A stretch of 62,952 nt of DNA, counting the filler, from Octopus bimaculoides (Eukaryota), in NCBI RefSeq assembly GCF_001194135.2. It is 5 parts of 5 records of this genome, joined end to end, with 100 filler letters (N's around TTAATTAATTAA, not from the genome) between each part and the next. Parts side by side here need not be neighbours in the genome. Positions count along the whole stretch, not along the records: positions 17,649 to 44,952 come from NC_068984.1; positions 45,053 to 60,220 come from NC_068988.1; 3 more parts are not named here. One strand, written 5' to 3'. Under the pieces are notes generated by a model. It was given only the letters and a program-made list of their open reading frames with translations. It had not been told where the DNA came from and did no database searches. Made by a program: the position numbers and the translations under genes. Within the stretch, counting starts at the first letter, position 1; each line of letters opens with the position of its first letter. Below are positions 38,423 through 51,902 of the stretch, one piece after another.

Positions 38423-39193
38423 TGTATGCATATATGTACTCACACACACACGTACACATATATATGTGTAAGTATGTATTTATGCATAATCGCTCTGAAA
38501 TTTGATTGTCTTTTCTATTTCATTGAGTCTTTGCCAAACCCTTATCGGAATAAATGATCTTACTACATCTTCGAAATATTTATTCATATCACTAATTATC
38601 AGCTGTAATTCTGATAATGTCTCTTTTATTAAAACGGTAACGATAGATTCCTGCAGTGTAAAACATCTTTAATATTGTAGAAAGAGGATGATAAAGTGTG
38701 TATGTAAAAGAGAGGCAGACAAACAGAGAGAAAGAGAGACAACAAGAAAGAGATAAACGACGAAGATGAAGATAAGAGAGAAAGAATGAGAATTGTTAAT
38801 GAAGAAAGAAGACAAAATATCAATGGCAATACTTGGCAAGAATATTTTGCACAGGTCAGAATAGGAAAACAGGTTAGAAGAGAATTCATGATTGCAGAAA
38901 ATAGACATGGTTTCGTTGAAATTAATCAAAAGATTACGAAGGAAATCCCTTAATATTATTATCTAGTAGAGAGTGTTATAGCGGACACTACCATTAAACG
39001 AACCGTGAATTATCTACAAGTACTGCAAGTTTTCATTAATATAGTATATCAAAATGTTCTTACCTCTATATCTCTAACTTGAGACTATTGACACAAACCC
39101 TAATTACTAATAATTACTCATAAATATTAGTTTAGCTTTTTTGTGAGTTGTCGCACGATTAAGATGAATTGAAATGTACATTGTTGAATGCAT

Positions 39194-39271
<78 letters not shown>

Positions 39272-39280
39272 CAGACAAAC

Positions 39281-39335
<55 letters not shown>

Positions 39336-39407
39336 CGGACACACACACACACACACACACATACATACATACATACATACATACATACATACATACTTAC
39401 TTAAATA

Positions 39408-39779
39408 CATGATGATGGCCGTCCACTCGTGACCGAGGAAGACCACTGCCGACCTGCGCTCTAGGACTAACTTGTATTTTGCATTAGCGGCTCTGTTGGT
39501 GGCTAATGAGCCCTGCTCTTGACAAGCATACACGACTGCAAACATTGCAGACCAAGCTTTCCTCATTCCCTATACGAGCCGTGCGCTTTCGCGCAGCTCG
39601 CTTAAGTTCTTCATGCTGGATACGTGCTCTCTCAAAAGTGTCGATCCCCTCCTTAACTTGCTTTCTCCATCTGTGGCGATGACAGGCATTGTTCTCCCAG
39701 TCAGTGTCCTGCATATCACAGGCCTTTAATGAGGACTTGACACAGTCCTTAAATCGCAGCCTTGGTTTCTGCCGGAGAA
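39408..39779 (-). mobile_element. RTE-clade LINE 3' end
   Basis: KPRLRFKDCVKSSLKAC..WE..A..R..WRKQVKEG..FE..CNVCSRVCLSRAGLISH, then 3' UTR ending GGCCATCATCAT. Confidence 0.85.
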
Positions 39780-39820
39780 TACATACATACATACATACAT
39801 ACATACATACATACATACAT

Positions 39821-40540
39821 GAAGGATAATCCCGAGGACAAAGAAATAAAAACCCACAATATGGTAGAAGCTGTAGCCACTCATAATAAAATGGAATGCT
39901 GGTAGAGTGTACCAGTGAAGACCTCAATAAAATGTAAGCACAACAGACCTGATATAATGATTTGGGATAGAGAAGAGAAACTGTTCATAGTTGTGGAAAA
40001 TAGCTGCTCAGCGGATGCTAACATAAAGCTGAAGATCTGTGAAAAAGAGAACACCTATGATGAACTATTGAGAAATCTTCAGTTACTCTATCCAGATTAC
40101 AAGTTCAGGTTTATACCTGTAATTATTGGGTCCCTGGGGGTATGTAACACACTGCCTAAATACCAATCTTGAGAAATTATGCTTCTCAAAACCAGAAAGG
40201 AGAAAGCTAATTCGAAGACTACAGATCCAATCCATCACTGGAACTGTAAAATTCTGTAAAACTTTCCAGAAGTTTATCATTTAAATATATATGAGCATAT
40301 CTAGATATGTAACTGTATGCATGAGAATACATACATAAAACATACAAATCTGCACATACATACATTCATACATGACAGCTGCATCCTCGTTACACGAGAA
40401 AAGCCATTGCCAAGAAGACTTACTGAAATGATTCATGATTGTTGCCATGTGACGCCCTTATATGACTTTTAAGCCCGGCCAAGCTTTTACACATTTTATT
40501 AAATACCAGACAATTTTACTGGCTGGCAGGAGAAACAGGT
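39821..40540 (+). mobile_element. R4/Dong-like RLE LINE family 2, 3' fragment
   Basis: VKTSIKCKHNRPDIMIWDREEK..IVVENSC..EKENTYDELLRNLQLLYPDYKFRFIPVIIGSLG; starts directly after (CATA)10. The 3' boundary is approximate. Confidence 0.85.
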
Positions 40541-40559
40541 GTCATCATATGCATTCTCT

Positions 40560-41245
40560 TAACATATCTTTTTAGACCTCTGAGAGGCACAACCTTCCAC
40601 ATTTTACACACGTTCTGTTATGTATTTTAATAGCCACATCATTGTTTATCATAGCTCTATTTCTATGAGAATTTTGATGGCTCACCAGGCCTGCACGACT
40701 CAAGCACCTCCGCCTACAAACTACACATATAAAAAACAATACATTCTCACTTTCCACAGGTTCCCCCCTTCTAAGCCCCCTCCTAATTCTCTCATACTTC
40801 ATTCTCACCCTCTCAAACTTTGAACAACCATCATGCACTATCTGCCTCCATCCATCACGGTCTTGTGCCTCTTTCCCAATTACCAGCTGCAACTCCTGTC
40901 TGTATTAGAGCATTTTTAAGGCAATCCTTAACCCTTAGTTTAGGCTTATGCACTGGTCTCTTACCATCTTCCAGCTCCTCATAGCCGCTTGGGCAGTCGC
41001 TCATCACTCATCCTTACCAAATGTCCCCACCCACCTCAAACGTCTTTGCAAAATCATTGACTCTATACTTCTACTGCCACTCCTCTCAAGCACCTCCACA
41101 TCGCTAATGGCCATTTTCCAGTTTATCCCCAAAATTTTTCTCACCCAGTATTGATGAAATCGTTCCTATTGCCTTACCTGTCTACGGTAAACAACCCATG
41201 CCTCACTTCCATATAGCAAAGATGGGGGAACGCATGTGTTATATA
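40560..41245 (-). mobile_element. RTE-clade LINE 3' fragment (second family)
   Basis: LLYGSEAWVVYRRQ..ERFHQ..RKILGINW..RRLRWVGHLVRMSDERLPK..KPKLR.KDCLK..CVVCRRRCLSRAGLVSH. Confidence 0.9.
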
Positions 41246-41499
41246 CCTTCATTTTAACTTACATACATACATACATACATACAGACATTCATGCAAAAAT
41301 ACCCTGTTGTTAATATTAAAATTCCAATGAACGAACCATGGATCTAGGTTAGGAACTGGTTCTTGCTCTATTGGCAAGAAATCTTGAAATAAACTGAATA
41401 ATGACATACATACATACACACATACATCATTGATGTGGTTGGCCAAGTACTCTCTTTACACTTTACTCTTTTATTTGATTCAGTCATTTGACTGCAGCC

Positions 41500-41549
<50 letters not shown>

Positions 41550-41962
41550 CATACATACATACATACATGCATACATACATGCATACATACATATACATAC
41601 ATATATACATACAGTATTCGATGTGGTTAACCAAGTGCGGATATAATCAGAGGCATATGTATGTATGTATGTATGTATATATGTATGTATGTATGAACGT
41701 ACGTACATTAGTTATAAGGATTCAATAGAACCTAGGCACATCAACACGTAGGACGCCAGAAATGGTTTGGTACGATAACATAGAGTACACAGTGAGGTAA
41801 ACAACAAGGAAGGTATCACGTGTTGATAGGATAATGCAATGTCGTTGGATTCGTCTTGTTCGATGTAATCTATGAATACATCAATAAAATTCTATCGAAA
41901 CAGCTGTCGTAAATTTTAAACGCCATTAGTGTTATCTGTATACATACATATACACATGCAGG

Positions 41963-42030
<68 letters not shown>

Positions 42031-42409
42031 CTTAAACACTTAAATTCCTTCCTCTGTGGAAGGAGTTGGTTTTTAACAAATATACAAAGCTCTAGCGTTG
42101 GTATGTTGATAACGAAAACAATGTCACATTTTAAACTTGAGAAAAGTCTTGGATTATTTTATTGTTCCATTTACAGATTGTATTTGTAATATACGAGTTG
42201 GTTGATTTCTTTTCTGAAAATCCAGGCTTATCCAAATTGCCAGTTAGGTATTTACTCACAAAACCAAGTGCACCAATTATAATTGGTATAAATGCAAATT
42301 TGTAATCCGAATATCGAAGCTGGAGGTTTCGAAGCAGTTGTCCATAGTTTCATCCTTTTTCTCTTTGATTTTTAATGAGATATTCACATTAGCAAGACAG
42401 CTGACCTCT

Positions 42410-42712
42410 ACAATTTTTTTCTTGTCTGCCCCAACCAACAAAAAATATCCGGCCTGTTATGCTTACACATGACAGATATTTTGATGGGCATGTTCCACCA
42501 GTATTCCTTGTCTTGATGTTTGTGTACCCATTCAATAACAGGTGGATTCTCTATATTTATTCCAGGACAGTTTTTTTGACAGATGGTATCGTTTTTGCGA
42601 CAACGTCGTGTTTCATAGGGAGGTAATATTTTGATGACAATTTTGGACAGCTGCAAATCACGTGTGATGTCTTCAACAAAAATATGACATAATCTATATG
42701 TACGCATATGAG
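42410..42712 (-). mobile_element. R4/Dong-like RLE LINE family 2 fragment (zinc knuckle to PD motif)
   Basis: RLCHIFVEDIT/HVICSCPKLSSKYYLPMKHDVVAKTI..YWWNMPIKISVMCKHNRPDI; same family as 39821. Confidence 0.8.
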
Positions 42713-43050
42713 TACAAATATATGTGTGTATGTGTGTATACACACACAAAATGCACGTATGTATGTATATATATATATGTGTGTATACATACATACATAC
42801 ATACACACATACATACATACATACATACATACATACATACATACATGTAGTCAGTATATCTAGGACTACATTATCATATATTTTTCCTATATTTTTTGAG
42901 TACAAATATATGTGTGTATGTGTGTATACACACACACACATGCATGTATGTATATATATATATATGTGTGTGTGTATACATACATACATACATACATGTA
43001 GTCAGTATATCTAGGACTACATTATTATATATTTTTCCTATACTTTTTGA
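42711..43050 (+). repeat. Tandem duplication, period ~188 bp, microsatellite-rich
   Basis: GTACAAATATATGTGTGTATG and CATGTAGTCAGTATATCTAGGACTACATTAT each present twice. Confidence 0.8.
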
Positions 43051-43683
43051 CACATCAGAGTATGAGTGTTTGGAGATTTGGCTGCTATTTTTAGCAAGAA
43101 CACGACGATCATGTAGAATGGAATTAGTATGGTTATCAACGGTAAGAGTTAGACATAGATTTTTGTTTTTCTTTTTCTGTTTTTCAGTGAAGGATTTGGC
43201 GTTCACGTTGACAATTGGGTGGGGGTTAATACGCAAACTTGCAACTCTGTTTAAAAACCTTAGGTTATCAAAACACATCTCTAAAAGAATGACGTTACTT
43301 TCTAAACACTAGACCCCAGAATTTGGTTACAAGTTACCTCGATCAAAAGATGGACATATTACTTTACTTTTATACTGAATAATTCTTTTTTTTTCTGGTT
43401 GTTTTTGTTGTTCGGAAACTTAAACGTGTATATGTGCGTGCGTGCCTGTCCGTGTGTGTGTGTGTGCATGAGTGTTGTAAAGAGTTTTATGTTCCATGAG
43501 TGTTTTTGTGTGGCAATCAACTGAATGAGCTTCGATAAATAGCACTTATCGCTATAACAACAAACACTTCCAGCATTCCAGTAGAAGTCCCACTCACATC
43601 TCAGATATTGATGAAAGATTAAATTAAACACTAACTGCGTATGTTCCTGCGCTCGCACGCATTTATGTGTGTGTATGTGTGTA

Positions 43684-43722
<39 letters not shown>

Positions 43723-44524
43723 GTGCGTGTGCGCGAGTATCCGTGCGTGTTTAACACTTCAAGGAAGCATACAAAGAAGTACATGGCGCATACGGGAGTT
43801 GTTGATATACGTTTTATCAATCATCAATATCTTAAATCTCAATCCGAGACACTACTATTAAGGAAGTCAGATCTGTTTCAAAGATACATCTGTATAAATT
43901 GTACCATTGCTTCTCTATGTGCGCGTATATATATATATATNNNNNNNNNNNNNNNNNNNNNNNNNNNNNNNNNNNNNNNNNNNNNNNNNNNNNNNNNNNN
44001 NNNNNNNNNNNNNNNNNNNNNNNNNNNNNNNNNNNNNNNNNNNNNNNNNNNNNNNNNNNNNNNNNNNNNNNNNNNNNNNNNNNNNNNNNNNNNNNNNNNN
44101 NNNNNNNNNNNNNNNNNNNNNNNNNNNNNNNNNNNNNNNNNNNNNNNNNNNNNNNNNNNNNNNNNNNNNNNNNNNNNNNNNNNNNNNNNNNNNNNNNNNN
44201 NNNNNNNNNNNNNNNNNNNNNNNNNNNNNNNNNNNNNNNNNNNNNNNNNNNNNNNNNNNNNNNNNNNNNNNNNNNNNNNNNNNNNNNNNNNNNNNNNNNN
44301 NNNNNNNNNNNNNNNNNNNNNNNNNNNNNNNNNNNNNNNNNNNNNNNNNNNNNNNNNNNNNNNNNNNNNNNNNNNNNNNNNNNNNNNNNNNNNNNNNNNN
44401 TATATATATATATATATATATGAACTAGTTTGTAAACAAGCTTAACTCATCACCCGGTTTATACCAGAACCGGACATTTGATTACCTTTACACACACACA
44501 TACATACATACATACATACATACA

Positions 44525-44559
<35 letters not shown>

Positions 44560-44572
44560 GTGTATGTGTGTG

Positions 44573-44761
44573 TGTTAAATAAGGCAACAAAGTCAAGGCT
44601 GTGTGGAATTTCCAGTACATTTATAAAGAGAAAGTTAGTCTTACAGCTGTTTCTAGGATGTTAGGGATATCCCTTCATCAGTGACGATGTGTGATGGTTA
44701 ATAGACGAAAATATTAGAGTTCAATATGAGGAGTTATTTTGTTGACTGATTTTATTTAACA
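44573..44761 (-). mobile_element. Short Penelope-like pLTR copy with 10-bp inverted ends
   Basis: Homologous to 11301-11480; ends TGTTAAATAA (44573) and TTATTTAACA (44761). Confidence 0.8.
44638..44685 (-). ncRNA. Type-I hammerhead, core intact, stems partly mismatched
   Basis: Minus strand: GTCA CTGATGA AGGGATATCCCTAACATCCTA GAAA CAGCTG TA AGAC. Confidence 0.65.
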
Positions 44762-44897
44762 TATACATGCTCGTACTAGACCCGCATTAGACTCATCACT
44801 CGTATCATTATAGTAATGAGAGTTTTACAACGGTCCTTTCATAGCACTTACATAGCGTTACCTGCCACCTTAAGTCTTCTGGATACCAATATGTCTC

Positions 44898-44952
<55 letters not shown>

Positions 44953-45109
44953 NNNNNNNNNNNNNNNNNNNNNNNNNNNNNNNNNNNNNNNNNNNNTTAA
45001 TTAATTAANNNNNNNNNNNNNNNNNNNNNNNNNNNNNNNNNNNNNNNNNNNNGTGGTATTTCATCATGGCCGGTATGACAGACTTTAACAGATCCACAAT
45101 GATCCACAG

Positions 45110-45179
<70 letters not shown>

Positions 45180-45590
45180 ATGGCACCTTGGGCAAGTGAT
45201 AGCAGCCCTTTAGCCTCCCGTGCGAATGGTTACGTTGAAGACGTCGGTAATAGAACGTTGGCTCACCGACAACGCGGTGGAGTCCGAGACCAACGGCTTG
45301 AAGGTTATAACGACCAAGCACCAGATATGTACCCTCAGACAACGGTTGGGCATCAACTATCGAGCTGCTTCTGCGACTACCCTTATTGTCGACCATGCTC
45401 ATTGCATTCTTCTATACCATTTCGCACTTACCGTAGAGATCCAGAGGGTTGTCTGGTGGGGAAAGACGACAACCCTTTTACTCACTGTCTGAAGGCCTTT
45501 TGTTCAGAGAAGTAGAAAATCTGTGGGCATCGAGTAAGCCTTGTATCCCACAAACGAGCCGGTGTCGATCCACGACTGCCAGTCACGATA
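45180..45590. repeat. Unclassified GC-richer insertion, partly duplicated at 46432-46585
   Basis: CCATGCTCATTGCATTCTTCTAT..TTGTTCAGAGAAGTAGAAAA..CGAGTAAGCCTTGTAT present twice with mismatches. Confidence 0.6.
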
Positions 45591-45657
45591 TATATATACA
45601 TACATACATACATACATACATACACACATACATACATTCATACATACACACATACAC

Positions 45658-45740
<83 letters not shown>

Positions 45741-46629
45741 CATATAATAGGGATAACCATTAAGAGGACATCCATTATGCTAGAAGTAGATCACCAACGA
45801 TCTGACCACTAAAGATTGTTCTCAAAAAAATTCAGCAAACACCAGAAAAGTAAGCGAGCAAGACAAATGAAAATATGCAAAATACAAATAATTAATCGTA
45901 GAACAGTTTCGCTATCAACAAAATTACGGACTATTACTCCGTAATAGTCCGTAGCTCGATCGTTCTGTTCAATATTATCTGCAGAACTATACACGAGACG
46001 TCCGCATAAAATCAGACATGTATGTAGTTCTACCAATTACAACTGGAATCTTAAAATAAACTATGTTTGTTCTATAGCTCTCTTTAACCAATGTGTGGAA
46101 TATATGTATGTGCGATATATATATATACATTTGAAGATAAACTCTTAAGTAAACATCAGTTATAATGCCAACGAATTTATAATTAGTTGTAGTGTGTTGT
46201 CTGCGAATAATTGCCCTGAATTAATTAATATATGCCTTGTTCAATTCATGAGTGTCAAGCCATTCTATACATATATGCATATACATACACACACAAATAC
46301 ACCATATATATATACATTTAGATATATAACCATCAAACATACAAACCCGCATACACACACACACACATATGCACACACATGCATTTACATATATACATTT
46401 GAGTGTTTAAGCAAATATATATATTGTCAACCCATGCTCATTGCATTCTTCTATGCCATTTGGCACTTGCCGTGGAGACCCAAAGAGGTAGTCTAGTGGG
46501 GGAAGTCGCCAACCCCCTTACTCACTGTCTAAATGCGTTTTGTTCAGAGAAGTAGAAAACCTGTGGGTATCGAGTAAGCCTTGTATGTATATTAAATACA
46601 CGCACACATACACATATGAATACATACAC

Positions 46630-46925
46630 AGTCGTCACAGAGGTCAGCTGTACTGTTGACGTGAATATCTCTTTGCAAATGAAAGAGAAAAACGGTAACT
46701 ATAGACACCTGCTTCGAAACTTCTAGCTTCTATACCCAGATTATAAATTCTTCACATGTGTACTAATAAAAATTGGTGCACTTGGTTTCGTGAGTAAATG
46801 CCTAGGTGACAATCTCGATAAACTGAGGTGTTTAGAAAAGGAATAAATCTACTAATTCGCACTTTAAAAATACATGTAAGCGGAAAAGTAAAAACATGCA
46901 AGACTTTTTTCAGGTTTTAAATGTG
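46630..46925 (+). mobile_element. R4/Dong-like RLE LINE family 2, terminal fragment
   Basis: EVSCTVDVNISLQMKEKNGNYRHLLRN..LLYPDYKF..IGALG; preceded by CATA-like repeats. Confidence 0.75.
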
Positions 46926-48619
46926 ACAGTGCTTTTCTTATCTACATTCCAACGGTGGAGCTTTGTATCTTTATTAAAAAGTAACTCCTTCCTCGGAGGA
47001 CGAATTTAAATAATTTAAACAGCTGGGAACATACATACCTATATACAAATATGTGATTATATAAGAAATTGGGTAACTGTGAGAGTAAAGAGATAGTAGA
47101 GAAAACGCGTTTATAGAAATAGAGAGAGAGAGAGCGAAGAGAGAAGGTAATCAAGAAAGCAGAGATTTAAGTAATATGAAGAAGGCGGCCGTTCTGACTT
47201 GGATGAACGTATATCCTATCCACTACGCGTGCGTATTTTAACGTAAACTTGGATTTTCTTTTCAGTATGTGTATGCCATATGTGCATGTTATGTATGTTT
47301 GTGTATGTATATTGGCTACTCAGAATTTAATCTCATCTATTTATACACTTGTGTGAATTAGTTTCCTATCGTGAATTGTAGTCCTGAATTTGATGTCGGA
47401 ATCTGGGTAGCAACAGTGTTTTGTAATACTCTTGGGATAGAACAATTAATGGAGTGTCAATAACTTTCCATTGAGTACGTGTCTGATGATAATTACACAC
47501 ACAAAAAGGTGAAAGAAGTGGGGAACATTTTAGCGTGTGATGAATTATTTATACTGCTGGAGAAAAAGAAATGGGTGGCGTAAGCTCTGGCACTGCTAAA
47601 TTAATTGGGGTTATTTTAGCATAGCTATTAAGATATAAGGAAGTATGAGAAGTGCATATAAATGCTTAAAGAATATCATAGAATTTGGGCAAAATAATTG
47701 ATCTTGATGTAAACGGAAAAGTTTGTGATACTCACGAAGAAAAGAAAATACGAATGATACTACAGACATTTTAAAAGATATTCATTAAAAGATATTCTTT
47801 TAAAATATATTCTTTTAAAATCCATATAATAATTGACTAAATAGAGTGCTCTTGGAGGGAAGAGAATTATTGTTACTTTTCGAATTTATGATTTCATGTT
47901 AAATCTTATGGGTAAAGTGAAGCAATAGTAAGGTTACCATTTTCAATTCTATACTGCAATTGGCTATATGTCATCTTTTGTTGTTAAAAATATGGGACCT
48001 ATATTTAGATATGCCTACTAGTCAAAATACTACAGAAATCTGTCCGACACACTACTCTAAATTATTCGAATACTTTCTTCTAACTCCTGTGTTCAAATCT
48101 CGTTAATTGGTTTCGTAATGAGCTAAGATTGGAGGTTTGCAAGGCATAGTTTCCTGTACCGTTCCTTGGTGTTCAAACACTGTAGGCGGCTACAATTTAT
48201 TTTATCATTTCTGAGCGATATAAATCAACAAAATATAAATGAAATAAAAAAAGAGCACACACAGGATATTTACTGTAGTCGCAGTCGAACTCGTACGTGA
48301 CAAATACGCAATCGAAGCGTGATTTTCTTGAGGATAACTGTCCCTAATTTAGACAAGAAGACAGCAATTTTGAGGGTGGAGGTTAGTCGATACCATCGAT
48401 CTTGTTAGACGATAACGTTTACGTTAGTACTAGATGGGTACTTTATTTTATCGATTTCGGAAGTATGGAAGGGACAGTTGGCCCCGGCAGGACTTCAACT
48501 AAGAACGTAAAAAATTGGAAAATATTTCTTGCGCTTTAAATATTCTGCCGTTTTAGCAAACGGTATTTTTGTTTAAAATTTTTTAGCATCCCTAAAACTT
48601 CGTAATTTTGATAAATATA

Positions 48620-49500
48620 AACGAGGTAACTCCAGTAGGTTTCGAACGGAGGAGATGGATAAGAGATATCTTTTCTTCAAATGTATCATTTATACACGTA
48701 AACGGAATAACATGTTTCGTTGAGACGTCATAGCCTACGTCATAATTGAGCATCACGTCAATGTATATAGATTTACTCAAATACTGCTTTACACACGCAC
48801 GAACACACCTACACACATAACGCGCGTGCGTGTACTAACACACGCACTTACACACACACATACACACAAAGACATAATCATTTGTGAAGATGATCTCTAA
48901 ACTTTAATAGATCTAGGAAAATGTTGTTCCAAAGATCATATTGCTCTAAGGCAAAATGAGAAAGTTTAAATTCGAACACAGTTGTTTTCATAATACACGT
49001 TTAAAAGGAACTCTGACTTATACACACCCGCATGCACAAAAACAAACACACACACACATACATACACACACACTCATATACATACACACACACGTATAAT
49101 GTTTGTTGCACATAGAAAGAATTTCTTTTAAATATGTTGCATTAAAGAAAGAAAAAAACAACATTCGAGTTTAAACTATTCATCTTTTGTTAAATCTCTG
49201 TTTTTTTAGAACAGCTTTTGTAATCAACTTACTTTAAATATATTCTCGACCTAACCTTCTAAATATATGTATATATGTGTATGCGCTATGTGTGCTACTG
49301 TGTTTGTGCATATGTAAAAGAATATTTGTTTAACTGTATATACACTGACGTGAGGTTTAATTATGACTTAAATAATGGCGTTTCCACGGAACCTATTCTG
49401 TTGTTTTTGTATATGAATAATGATACATTTGCAGAAATGTATCAATTTGCGATCTCGGTTCGCAGACCTATCTGGAGATTACAGAGCTTAACAAACACTA
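48620..49500. repeat. Old inverted pair of ~200-bp repeats (48620-48830 -, 49300-49500 +)
   Basis: Shared TATATACA(T/C)TGACGTGA..AATTATGAC..AATGATACATTTG on opposite strands; clearly diverged. Confidence 0.5.
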
Positions 49501-49689
49501 ATGTCATGATCTTTAACACGAAAGTGAAGACGGTTCTACAGTACTTGCGTGAAACATGGAGAGTCAAAGATTTCTTAAGTGAGAAGCTCCAAACGATTTT
49601 GATTAGATGTCTCCAGATGGAGAGAGAGAGAGAGAGAGAGAGACAGAGACAGACAGACAGACAGACAGACAGAGACTAACAAATAAAGG

Positions 49690-49915
49690 CTTGATGGAAC
49701 AGGCAGCCCAGCAACCTGTCGAAACCCAGAAGAGAAGGAAATGCAGTAGGCTGTGGAAACACCCTACGGGAAGCTGTTTCCAACATACAAGGCAAACTCT
49801 CCAATGGATACTCCGAGGGAAAGTAAAGTGCAGCAGACCAAAAGCAATATAGAGAAGGTCCACAGAGACTGAAGCACTGCCAGGCGGCTGCACGAGGAGA
49901 GAACTACAATCCATT
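49690..49915 (+). mobile_element. RTE-clade LINE 3' fragment
   Basis: Q.PVETQ.RRK..W.H....TRQTLQW..GK.K..RPK..RRSTETE resembles the RTE C-terminal pattern. Confidence 0.65.
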
Positions 49916-50029
49916 GCCGAAAAACAAAGATAAAAACTTTTCTATGCTCTATATGGAGTCATGAGAATAGCTGAATAAATATATATACATGGATGTATGT
50001 ATATCAAAAAAAGATCAAATAACCTTCTC

Positions 50030-50212
50030 GTACCTTAAGCTAAAAAGGCCGGTTTTCCGAATTCCGTGGCGTATATATTTTCACTCTGCTATAAATGACT
50101 GGTGCGTCGTGATATGAAGTGTTTTGCGGAAGAACACTACGCATCCACGAATCGAAAGCAGCATCCTACGACCATGATTGGAACACAGTGTCCATTAATC
50201 CACGCACTTCCA
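50030..50212 (-). mobile_element. SINE family C, diverged
   Basis: Minus strand GTGGAAGTGCGTGG..TTTCGATTC..GTGTTCTTCCGCAAAACACTTCAT. Confidence 0.55.
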
Positions 50213-51902
50213 CATGTATCTGTGTATGTATGTGTGTATGTGTGTGTGTGTGTAAGTTTGTGTGTGTGCGTGAGTGTGTAAGTGTATATGTGTGGGTATG
50301 CGTGTGTGCATGCGTGGGTGTGTGTGCGCGTATGCGTATATAGTTATATATATATATGAAGAAAGAGGAAGACAGATAGGTGGAGGGAAATAGAGGAATA
50401 TAAAGAATGTGTGCATACACTCACACGCAATTATACATACATACATACATACATACACACACATTTTAGAAATAAAATATCTTTAGCAGTATACGGCAAA
50501 CACATTATATAAAATACAGTACTCACAAGACACAATATGCAAATCAGCAATGAAATCGAAATTTCCCACTTTGAACATAAGCCTGAATGTTGTAACATCA
50601 CGGCAACATATGTTACATGGGTTACGTTGTTATATGTACTTGTATGCTATTATTTATTGATGAGTTGTATGTGTAATGACGGTGCTAATATGCTTACGAT
50701 GTATTGTATCGATTTGATTTGACTCGAAAAAATACCTACTTTCTATCAAGTGATGGTGTAATCGATTGTTTGTTAGATTGTGTGTTATCAGTATAATACC
50801 GATTATCTTTTTATCAAGCATATAGAAATGATGGGTGCTAAATGATACAAAACACAATCTGATTTATTCTTCTCTAATAAACTATATGTCTTTAGACGTG
50901 TGAAGCTTAGTTTTCCGGATGAATACATTTCGCATGATTAATGCCTCTAAAACAATAGAGATACAAATATAAAGCAACATCATAATTTCGTTTATTAATT
51001 TATATATTGAACTTATGGTGATTCATTCAGACACCTGGCTCTCAAATAGAAATCCAATCAGCTGCTCCATTACTCACTAAACTTTCTTGGGATGTAGGGT
51101 AAAGTTTGGGATCTTTATCCATTGTAATTCTGCAAAAAGCATTTGAATGTTGTAACAGAGTTTGTTGATAAAAGGAGACTAATGTAAAAGTATTACAAAG
51201 GGTATTAAATGCCCCATTCAACGAAGTTACCAACAATTAAGGATAATATTAAACGTGTGTATGTATGCATGATTGTATATATACACACATAAATATATAT
51301 ATACACACATAAATATATATATATATATATANNNNNNNNNNNNNNNNNNNNNNNNNNNNNNNNNNNNNNNNNNNNNNNNNNNNNNNNNNNNNNNNNNNNN
51401 NNNNNNNNNNNNNNNNNNNNNNNNNNNNNNNNNNNNNNNNNNNNNNNNNNNNNNNNNNNNNNNNNNNNNNNNNNNNNNNNNNNNNNNNNNNNNNNNNNNN
51501 NNNNNNNNNNNNNNNNNNNNNNNNNNNNNNNNNNNNNNNNNNNNNNNNNNNNNNNNNNNNNNNNNNNNNNNNNNNNNNNNNNNNNNNNNNNNNNNNNNNN
51601 NNNNNNNNNNNNNNNNNNNNNNNNNNNNNNNNNNNNNNNNNNNNNNNNNNNNNNNNNNNNNNNNNNNNNNNNNNNNNNNNNNNNNNNNNNNNNNNNNNNN
51701 NNNNNNNNNNNNNNNNNNNNNNNNNNNNNNNNNNNNNNNNNNNNNNNNNNNNNNNNNNNNNNNNNNNNNNNNNNNNNNNNNNNNNNNNNNNNNNNNNNNN
51801 NNNNNNNNNNNNNNNNNNNNNNNNNNNNNNNNNNNNNNNNNNNNNNNNNNNNNNNNNNNNNNTGGCGCTAATATTTTGCTTATATATATATATATAAATT
51901 AA

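Noticed and set aside
41170-41185. Strong minus-strand donor CAG|GTAAGG
   Set aside because: Lies inside the RTE coding remnant.
43095-43141. Possible next exon (SRTRRSCRMELVWLST), phase-compatible with 24789
   Set aside because: Good donor but short pyrimidine tract and AT-rich codons. Alternatives at 25250 and 38162 fit equally well, as do isolated candidates at 18431, 37910 and 10294-10333 (-).
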